From Octopus sinensis (taxonomy: Eukaryota): 48,417 nucleotides of DNA. The stretch covers positions 1 through 48,417 of the forward strand of contig NW_021834464.1 in the NCBI RefSeq assembly GCF_006345805.1, in the 5' to 3' direction. The notes beneath the pieces were generated by a model, which had not been told where the DNA came from, did not search any database, and worked only from the letters and a program-made list of their open reading frames with translations. The position numbers and the translations under genes were made by a program. Below, piece by piece: positions 38,297-48,417 of the stretch (the stretch's first letter is position 1; every line of letters starts with the position of its first letter).

Positions 38297-40627
38297 TGAA
38301 ATTCCACCAGCCGAAAGCTAATCCTAGTGACCTTCCGCCAGCCCACCCATTTGACAACATGGATCTCCATAATGCCAACTGGATGCAATCAGGAACGAGC
38401 TATCACATGTTGACTGGTCCTTTACACATACACACACATCTCCACCAACCATAAAACATCTTGGCAGATCTTTGTAGACACCGTCACAGACATATGTGCA
38501 AAACACTCCCCACCAAGACCTGTGAACAAAAAGTGCAGAATCCCCCAAAACAGAAAATCCTTATCAGAAAAATAAAAAGAACAAACAAAAAAATTAACAA
38601 CTAAAGTACTGCCAACAGCAACACACACATTCGACGGCTATCGCACTGCTTGAATCTCTAAAAATATAACCTCCAACAATGCATGAAGACCCTCATCAAT
38701 AACCAAAGATCAGCTGAGGAGAAGTGGGCCATTGAAAAAATCAAACTCACCCCAAAGTGTTCTTTTCATTTGCGAGGAAACGCAGGGTCACTGTCTCCAC
38801 TGTAGGCCCTCTAATTGACGAAACTGGCACTCTCCAAGATAATGCCAAATCCATGGCCGAGATACTGCAGATACAATACTGCTCTGTTTTCAGCCATCCT
38901 GATATGGCCGATCTGGGCTGTATCAGTGATGTCAACCCCCAACACACTATATCGGACATAACGTTTAGTGCCCCTGATGTCTTAGCGGCGATAAACGAAA
39001 TAAAACACAATTCAGCAGTAGGCCCCGATAGGTTCCCTGCTTGTGTCCTGAAGGTGTGTCGACACCAACTTGCATCTCCCCTTGCTATCTGTGGAGAAAC
39101 TCACTGGATGCTGGCTATATTCCAAAAAACCTTCTGTCCCAGTCTGTTGTCCCAGTTTTCAAAAAGGGAAACAAGTCCCTTGCAGTGAATTACCGTCCGA
39201 TCTCACTCACCTCTCATATCATCAAGGTATTTGAGAGGGTGGTGAGATCTCGAATAACCCAATTTCTGGAAAGCAACAGACGGCTGATCTCCAACCACAT
39301 GGTTCCGTAATGGAAGGGACTGCCTGACGCAGCTCCTGCATCACTTTGAGGACATTTTGAGAGCTTTGGGAGAGGGCTCCAACACCGATGTCATCTACCT
39401 TGATTTCAGTAAGGCCTTCGACAGGGTCGATCACAAGATCCTATTGAAAAACTATCCAACATTGGTGTCTCTGGAAAGTTACTGAAATGGATCAAGTGTT
39501 TCCTGACAGACAGATCTCAACATGTTGTAGTTGAAGGGGTAAAATCAAGCCCAGCCAAAGTCAGTAGTGGCGTTCCGCAAAGCACTGTGCTGGGCCCACT
39601 CTTTCATCATTTACATTAATGATATTAATGACATCATCAAGCACAGCAACATAAAAATCTTTGCAGATGACTCCAAGCTACAGAAGGTCATAAATGAGGC
39701 GAGTGACCGGACATGCCTTCAGTCAGATCTACTGGCTGTTATCCAATGGGCAGAAAAAAACATATGCTGCTGAACGAGGATAAATTTGAGCTAATCCACT
39801 TTGGAAAAGAGGATGCCCTGAACTCCCATACTCCCTTCCTTCAGGTGAAACTCTCGCGGCGTCCAACAACATCAGAGACTTGGGAGTAATTGTGGACAAC
39901 AACATAAGCTGGGCCACTCATATAAACACCAAAGTTGACATGGCCCGCAGAATGTGTTCCTGGATTCTCAGAACTTTCCAGTCGAGAGATATCCACACCA
40001 TTATCCTTCTCTTCTCCACTTTTGCCCGACCCCACCTTGAATACTGTTGTCCACTGTGGTCTCCCCACACAATACAAGGTATCATAAAAGTTGAAGCACC
40101 TCAAAGGGCAATCACAAAAAAGATAGATGGCATGACAGGCCTCGACTATTGGGGTTGACTAGAAAAGCTAAAACTCTATTCTCTCCAACGTCATCGTGAG
40201 CGCTACATCATCTGCATGATGTGGAAAATATTTCATCAGCATTGCCCAAGTGTACATCCAAGGTACATCCAAGGCTTGGGCCCCGTGCCATCCGCCCAAA
40301 ACAAAAATCGCACTCTCATCTCATAACAACAATACGGCACAATTATTTCACCTCAATTGGCCCCGCTCTCTTTAACATTACACCAAAACACATTAAAACA
40401 GAAACTGACCCTGTAGGGTTCAAGAAGTCTTTGGACAGATTCCTTCAAGAAATCCCGGATAAACCCCCTACACCCGGATATGTCTCTGTAAACAATAACT
40501 CTCTACTTGAGTGGGCCATAGTGCCCAAATTCTGACTTGAAAGACTTCACCAGGTGGTGCTATTAAGTTAGACATGGCCTGGGCCAATAATGGCCGAAAC
40601 CTATCAAAGTATCAAAGTATCAAAGTA
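38297..40627 (+). mobile_element. 5'-truncated CR1-group LINE (ORF2 RT pseudogene), tail (atcaaagt)3
   Basis: NYRPISLTS, DVIYLDFSKAFDRVDH, SGVPQ, FADDSKL, RPHLEYCCPLWSP; several frameshifts. Confidence 0.95.
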
Positions 40628-40660
40628 TATATATATATATGTCTATAGATACATACATAC

Positions 40661-40698
<38 letters not shown>

Positions 40699-40761
40699 TG
40701 TATATATGCATATATACATATATATACATATATATATACATGTATGTATGTATGTATATAC

Positions 40762-40910
40762 ACGACGAGCTTCTTTCAGTTTCTATTTACCAAATTCACT
40801 CACAAGGCTTTGGTCAGCCCGAGGTTGCGTAAGTTGCCACGATGTGGGACTGAAACCCGAACCGTATGGCTGGAAAGCAAACTTCTTACAACCTCGCCAT
40901 GTCTCCACCT
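40762..40910 (-). mobile_element. SINE family B head
   Basis: Aligns to 26975-27139. Confidence 0.8.
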
Positions 40911-41735
40911 CTGCGCGCACGCGTGCGCTCGTGACTGTGTGTTGTAGAATGTGATGAAACTGTCATTATTGCCTGTATGATTCGATCGTAGTTCCTCCTG
41001 TAAACCTCATAGATGTACTACCGCCACTACCACCACCCCCAGAGACAGTCCTTTAAAATCGCTCCCTTATCCTTTTCGATATTATCATCGGTAATGTGTT
41101 CATTTCCCCCTTTGTATAGATGCGTGGTTGGATAAATAAATGGTTGGGGCTTTCAGTTTTTCAATGACGAGGAATTAGGATAAAAGGGGGTTAGGATGGA
41201 GGGATGGAATCATTTTGTTTGCCTAAAATTTGGCTTTTCTAGCTGCAGCAGCAATGATGTATAGACCTATGATACAAATAAAAGCTTTAACCGCTTCATT
41301 TGTATCGGAAACTATCCCCCGAGGAAACTAACTACTGTGAATACTAATGTGCTCAAAAGAGTTTCTTTAAGTCCCCAGGGAAGAACTAACATTTCTCTTT
41401 GACAATTAGCAACATGGAAATGCTAAATGGGAAATTTCAGCCGTATCGTCTCTATTCATTAGAATTATCAATGGAATTCCTTGTCTGGAATAAATATAAT
41501 ATATTTACAAAATAATTCTGTTTAGGAGCGTTTTGCGATATGTAAAGGAAAACCTGGCCTGCGTGTGCAAGTATTAAACAAAGTATATGCAGGAGTATGT
41601 AGATGTGTATGTGTACGTGTGAATCTATAATTCTATGCATGAGTGTGTTTGAACAGAGTATAAGTGGGAAAATGTGTTTGCGCATATACACATTTCAATA
41701 TATATATATATATATGTAGTTATATATTATATATA

Positions 41736-41775
<40 letters not shown>

Positions 41776-42166
41776 TATATATATTATATATATATATATA
41801 TGTATATATATAATATGTATATGTATATATATATATGCAATATATATTATATATATATATATATATTATATATATATATATATATACATATTATATAAAC
41901 ACACGCGCACGCACACCACACACATATATATAACATATATCATACATATATGTATATATATATATATATACATACATATATATATGTTTGTGTGTATGTG
42001 TGCGTTTGTGACAGAGAGAGAGAAAGAGAGAGAGAGAGGGGCGGGGAAGAGTGAAAAACTACGTTATATGCATTTTTCTGTGTGTGTGTATCTGTGTGTG
42101 TACATGTATATATATATATACATATATATCTATATATATATACATATATATATATATAATATATAT

Positions 42167-42222
<56 letters not shown>

Positions 42223-42263
42223 CATAAAACATATCTAAATACAGGCATATGCATAATATAAAT

Positions 42264-42301
<38 letters not shown>

Positions 42302-42304
42302 GTA

Positions 42305-42485
42305 TTCTTTTATTCTTTTATTCTTTTATTTGTTTCAGTCACTTGACTGCGGCTATACTGGAGCACCACCTTTAGTCGAACAAACCGAAACCAGAACTCA
42401 TTTTTGTAAGCCTAGTACTTATTCTATCATCCACTTTTGGTGAACCGCTAAGTTACGGAGGCGTAAAAACACCAACATACACACA

Positions 42486-42542
<57 letters not shown>

Positions 42543-42695
42543 GTGTGTGTGTATATATATATACGACAGTCTTCTTTCAGTTTCCGTCTACCAAATCCAC
42601 TCTCAAGGCTTTGGTCGGCCACTGGGTATAGTAGAAGACACTTGCTCAAGGGGCTATGCAGTGGGATTGAACCTGGAACCATGTGGTTGGTAAGC
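42305..42695 (-). mobile_element. SINE family B, slightly 5'-truncated
   Basis: Aligns to 26720-27108. Confidence 0.88.
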
Positions 42696-43168
42696 ATACA
42701 TAATATAAGCATGAATATGTATATATGATGTATATATAAATATACGCAAACATACAACACACACACACGCATACATGCACGTACACGCACATATGTGTAT
42801 GTAGGTACGCATGTATGTATGTATGTATGTATGTATGTATGTATAATGGCAGTAAGAGAAAGAGAGAATGCAGTGAATACACGTATGTACATAGTTGGGT
42901 CCAGTCCTGTATGTGAGTATACGCACGATTGGTTCCATGATATTGCCTTCAGCTACGATTCTGCTTGTCTTCACCCTTAACCATTTTCTTTGTGTGTGGG
43001 GCATTAAAATATAACATTCATGTGTGTCTGGGTATATAATTGTTCTTGTGTATATGTCTGTATGTGTCTATAAATGTATGTATTAATATTTATAGAGAGA
43101 ACAAATAATTTTTAAAATTCACAGATAAATAGGCAGATAGACAGAGACAAATCGATAGATAGATAGAG

Positions 43169-43224
<56 letters not shown>

Positions 43225-43396
43225 TTTGAAATAAAACAGAATAAAATGCGTTTAATTCTTTCTGTTAAAATTGAAATCATGAGAAAATGTCAGTGCAAAT
43301 TTTAGGCACGTGCCATTAAATAATACTGATGGTTTCGAATGTTGGTGCATTATTATTATTATTATTATTATTGTTATTATTATTATTATTATTATT

Positions 43397-43444
<48 letters not shown>

Positions 43445-43909
43445 GTCATCCTCATCATCATCATCCTCATCATTAGCGAGAGAAGCTGTATTGCCTCCAA
43501 AAGATAATTCTTATATCCATCTTAGCATGGATATCTTATTAGAACACAAAATTTGGCCTTACTAGTTACTTTTTAATAAGCCTGCTGGCCATTTGTGAAG
43601 TTAGTTTCTGTGAATATGCTAATATTCATATATCGTATCAACGAGATTTGAATGGCATGCGGTGACTGGATGTCTCCCACTGATGATTTCCAGTAAAATG
43701 AAATCACGGGATATGAGAATTCTTGTACACAGGACAGATAAATCTCGTCTGCTGCAATGTATGCGAGCTTTTATGTATCAAGTGAGAAGATCTTTGAAGG
43801 CTAATAACTTAGAACTCGGTGTTCTAACAACGCATCCATTTTAGTTGGATATAAAGATTAGCATTTGATGATGAGTAATGAATTATGATGAGGATGGTGA
43901 TGGTGATGG

Positions 43910-43966
<57 letters not shown>

Positions 43967-43984
43967 CAATAACAATAATAATAT

Positions 43985-44650
43985 AGGAATGAGCAAGTGT
44001 CTCTGCTGTGTCGCATCTGCAATAGAGTGAATGAAACCATTGCCCATAACAAGAAAGTAAGCCCTACATTTGCCCCAAGTAACTACAAGTTGTGGTCAAA
44101 CGCCCAGGTAGCAAAGATGCGCCACTGGAATCTGTGAGAAAAGTGGGGACTAGAGCGAGTGCGAAGACGTGGTATGAGCACAAACCTCAGGGAGTGGTGG
44201 AGTCGGAGACTAACAAAATCCTCTGGGATTTCCTAGTTCAAACAGCTCAGGTACTAGAGCATAACAGACCGGATCTAGTGGTCGTCGACAAGGTGTAGTT
44301 GATTTTCAAGCACATTTGACCCACGAACAGTCAGAAAGGAAGGCAAAGGGATAGCTAGATGCAACCCGCGTAAGTACGAAAATGAAGAAGGTGAAGATAT
44401 TGTCAATTATTGTTGAGTCCTTGGGAACATATCAGAAGGCATCGAGGGGAACATAAAGGAAATTGGAATGGAGTGCCCAGTAGAACCGTCACAAGAGGCT
44501 TGCCTCCTTCGCAAGAATAATCAGGAAAGTAATAGATAGCTGAAAAGAGCGAATAGCATGGCACCGTAGGTTGCAGGTAGTAAGCCCGCTACGCATGAAG
44601 GACTCCAGGAAACACAACACAATCTGTGATAAAGAGAACATAATAATAAT
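43985..44650 (+). mobile_element. R4/Dong-like RLE non-LTR retrotransposon 3' fragment
   Basis: CRICNRVNETIAH zinc-knuckle start; WYEHKP..KILWDF..EHNRPDLVVVDK; ends in (TAA)n. Confidence 0.85.
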
Positions 44651-44690
44651 AATACTTATTATTATTATATTATTATTATTATTATTATTA

Positions 44691-44780
<90 letters not shown>

Positions 44781-44789
44781 TTGTTGTTG

Positions 44790-44844
<55 letters not shown>

Positions 44845-44948
44845 CATTATTATTATCATTATTGCATATGATTTAGGCACAGGCCAACGATCTGAGAGGA
44901 GGAGTTAATCGAAAACATTGATCTAAGTACTTCTTTATCACTTTATTA

Positions 44949-45088
44949 TTAGGTTGTCCCAAAAGTTCGTAAACACTTGCGAAAATTGAATTTTTACTCG
45001 CCAAGTACTAACAAAAACAACAAAAATTATTCCTCAAAATAAAGACCATTATTTTCCAAGACTTTCTACGAACTTTTGGGACAACCTT
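44949..45088. mobile_element. Small mariner-type MITE
   Basis: TIRs aggttgtcccaaaagttcgta / tacgaacttttgggacaacct with TA flanks. Confidence 0.9.
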
Positions 45089-45910
45089 ATATTTTATCCC
45101 CGAAAGGAAGAAAAAGAATCTGGCTTCGGAGAGATTCGAAACCAAAGCGGAAACCGCCGGAACATATTCCGCATGCATTTATTCCACGCTATTTATCCTA
45201 ACAAATTATGCCAGTTACGTATTTAGGCTCAAAACCAGCAATGTTGACGATAGGCGGGCTATTCAATTACACTGTCCTAGTACTTGACCGCTTCTGTATT
45301 TCATCGAAAGATGACCTTGACAGATGTGAATCCAGACCGTAAAGAACTGTAACAGATGCCGCAAATCAATCTCTGCAACACACTGACGTTTCGGCCAACA
45401 AACAGCTTTTAATTATTTCTAAAAAGAGCAGAAAAAGTTTGGGATGTAGGGTTTAGTCACTTACAGCAACACATGTATTGTGTTGATTTTAGTGAGTGAC
45501 TAAATGTAAATTTGGCAGTTTGCTTTTACTGACAGTGTAGGGCAAAATGCAAATTTGGCCTTGGTGTGATTTGAACTCGGAACTTAAATTGATGTAACTC
45601 AATATGTCTTAAATACGCCAGAGCTCTTCTTTCCTCTTAATAACCGTAATAATTTGAAAGAGTATTTCCTTAACAGCCAGCAACGCCCTCTCTTCAACAG
45701 CTGTCTTCTCAAAAACGGACGATAAAATCTTTTGTCCTTGCCAATATTGGTCATACAACTTAAGACTCCACCCTACTAAAAGTCGACAGAAATAATGCAG
45801 GACCTACATACACGCATACATTCATATAGACACGCGTATACATACAGACACACACATACACACACAGACGCATGCGAGAGCCTTTACATGTGTGTCTGTC
45901 TGTATATATG

Positions 45911-45997
<87 letters not shown>

Positions 45998-46359
45998 TAT
46001 ACATATATATATATATATATGTACGCGTTGTTGGATATTGTTATATTGTGTGTGTGTGATTTTTCAAATAAAATTAGTGTACATTTATGCACAAAAGAAA
46101 TTGCTCTTAAACGTGGTTTATATATAATATATATATATATATATATGTGTGGTGTGTGTGTTGTGTGTGTGTGTGTGGGTATGTATATTTGTATACATAC
46201 TATACATATATACATATACACATATACAGGTATATATACGTATATATACATATATATATATATAATTTCACAATTGAGGGCAAATTAATTAATTATTTAA
46301 TCAATTTCACCAAGTGTTCAGTATGCAAAGGGACCATTCAGGCGAATTCAAATTATTAC

Positions 46360-46655
46360 ATTATATAAAAGGGCTTAGTAAAATAAAATTACTTTGCCGC
46401 ATACTGAACTCATTAGGAAATAGCAGCTAAAAAACTTTTTTAAGGCTATTTCTAATACTTAAAGAAAATCTCTCTCATATATAGTGTTTGAAATTTAACT
46501 CACAAAATTTTGTGAGTTAAATTATGCAAACAATATATGAGAGAGATTTTCTTTAAGTATTAGAAATAGCCTTAAAAAAGTTTTTAGCTGCTATTTCTAA
46601 TGAGTTCAGTATGCGGCAAAGTAGTAATTTATTTACTAAAGCCCTTTTATATAAT
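46360..46655. repeat. Spacerless ~148+148-bp palindrome within a (TA)n-flanked element (46263-46655)
   Basis: Centre cacaaaa|ttttgtg at 46507/46508; arms differ by small indels. Confidence 0.9.
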
Positions 46656-46658
46656 ATA

Positions 46659-46690
<32 letters not shown>

Positions 46691-47070
46691 GCATATATAC
46701 ATTTATATATATATACATACATATATACAACATATACATATATATACATATATATACAGTCATCTATATATATTATATATATATATATATACATACATAC
46801 ATACATACATACATACATACATACATACATGTGTACGTAGAGTTCAGGCGTTGTCCGAGACATGATTGCAAAAATAGAAACGGCTATGTACACTGTGTGT
46901 AATCAGTATAATGTTACACCAGCAGTCAACAAGTTTACTGTGGAGTGAGGTCGGGGGTGGAGGGTATAATTGGTGCTTCTTGAAGTAAGCAATCTTGTTG
47001 AAAAATGAAGAACTCACGATCTGAAGACATGAAACGTAGCTTTATGGCAATTCACATATCGTAACACAGA

Positions 47071-47237
47071 CGCAGGCGTGGCTATGTGGTTAAGACTTTT
47101 CGGTGCATAAGCGCGTGTTATTGGTTTCAGTCCCGCTGTGCGGCATCTTGGACAAGTGTTTTCTGTTATATCTCTGAGCTGACCAATGACTTTTGAGTGA
47201 ATTTCTTCGATGCAAAACGGTAAAAGAAAAACGTCGT
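47071..47237 (+). mobile_element. Diverged SINE family B head
   Basis: gcaggcgtggctatgtggtt...ggtttcagtccc...ttggacaagtgttttct. Confidence 0.7.
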
Positions 47238-47349
47238 ACACACACATACGCACCCTCTCTCTCTATCTAACCACACACACACATACACAGACACACACAC
47301 ACACAATATATATATGTGTGTGTGTGTATTATGTGTATTTATATAAGTA

Positions 47350-47404
<55 letters not shown>

Positions 47405-47463
47405 ATAAATATATATATAATATTAAGGAGAATAGTGGATTTTCTCTAATTTATATATATATA

Positions 47464-48332
47464 TAAATCCTTAAATCCTTTAAAATGTTTTAGCCCGAAG
47501 GCCGCGGCCATGCTGGGCACCACCGCTGAATGAGCTACACTAATTGTGAGTCCACCTCTGATACGTGGCACTTGATCAACAAGGGAGTTCGATGCTGCTG
47601 CTCGCATCCGCGTCTCCTGTCGTGAGGTAGGTTCATCCGGGACTCCCAACAAGAAGAGAATCAGTTTAGTTTTAAAGAAACCCACATCTACACCATGTAA
47701 GTCTCTCAGGCATTTAGGGAGGATATTAATGAGCTGTGGTCCTCTGAAACCCAAGCTGTTGCAGTATCTGGACCTGTATTTTGATGCTGATGTTGGAATC
47801 CTTGGCACCATGCATTGGCGCCCCGTTCTGCGGTTGGAGTAACTTTGAATGCCAAAGTTGTTTGGACAAGACCCTCCAGGATTTTCCAGGTGTATATTAC
47901 CGCATATCTCCCCGCCTCCGCTCCAGGGGAGAGGGGTTTAATACCTTCAGTCTTTCCCAGTAGCTGATATTTTTTGCATTGAGACGATTTTCTTTGCGTA
48001 GCTAGCTTCTCTGAATTGCTTCGAGTTCTGCTGTTAGTTTTATATTGTGTGGTGACCAAAGTTGGGAGCAGTAGTCAAGCGGCTGAGGGCGAATGTTTCC
48101 ATAGGACCATCAGTGTCTCCTTCTCTCTTGTTCTGAAAGTTCGGAGAATCCCCAGCTAGCCGTCTGCAATTTTATCACCAGATTGAGCAATATGCACTTG
48201 GAAAGATGCATCATTGCTCATGTCAATGCCCAGGTCACGCACTGATTTTGACTCAGGATTGCAATTCTTCCTGGCCAGTGTATCCAGTCTTCACGCTCGT
48301 TTACCTTTGTGTGCCAGTAGCGCCAGGGCCTG
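47464..48332 (-). mobile_element. CR1-group LINE 3' fragment (second family), tail (aggattta)2
   Basis: DYCSQLWSP-type motif; RYAVIYTWKILEGLV; RGPQLINILPKCLRDL; FLLGVPDEP. Confidence 0.88.
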
Positions 48333-48417
48333 TATATATATATGTTATATATATATACATATCTATATATATATCATATATATATATGGATATATATATA
48401 TATATATGTATGTATGT

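Noticed and set aside
43675-43715. CTGATGA...GAAATC
   Set aside because: Stems do not close properly around the core
46410-46450. Resemblance of taggaaatagcagctaaaa...aaggct to the Cas9 sgRNA scaffold
   Set aside because: Short AT-rich coincidence; no CRISPR array or nuclease gene in this eukaryotic repeat context
47018-47042. CTGAAGA cat GAAA c GTA hammerhead-like core
   Set aside because: No stem II and no stem I pairing
88-47449. Numerous ORFs rich in YI/CV/HT/poly-L/M/H/N
   Set aside because: Translations of microsatellites in stop-poor frames; no domain content

Overview
AT-rich, microsatellite-saturated eukaryotic DNA with no recognisable host gene, so probably intronic or intergenic. 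The repeat families and (TA)n/(CA)n/(GATA)n/(TAA)n load suggest an octopod cephalopod (inference). Nearly all ORFs in the track are translated simple repeats. The real content is decayed mobile elements. DNA transposons: Tc3-like, mariner DD34D, Tigger/pogo, maT DD37D and Tc1 fossils, plus MITEs. Non-LTR retrotransposons: two CR1-type LINEs, RTE 3' ends, two RLE-type fragments and two Penelope-like (PLE) fragments. There are also many tRNA-derived SINEs built from interchangeable head and tail modules. The most interesting signal is a set of small non-coding elements carrying type I hammerhead ribozyme (HHR) motifs. The best is a 345-nt, terminally redundant, retrozyme-like unit at 37742-38127 with an apparently intact U3-A8 variant hammerhead in a long rod-like fold. 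Others have greatly enlarged stem II domains and inverted copies of their own 3' ends (7648-8130, 21700-21842, 35223-35557), and one is a minimal HHR (21487-21521). All calls were made by eye; boundaries are approximate unless TSDs or TIRs are quoted.
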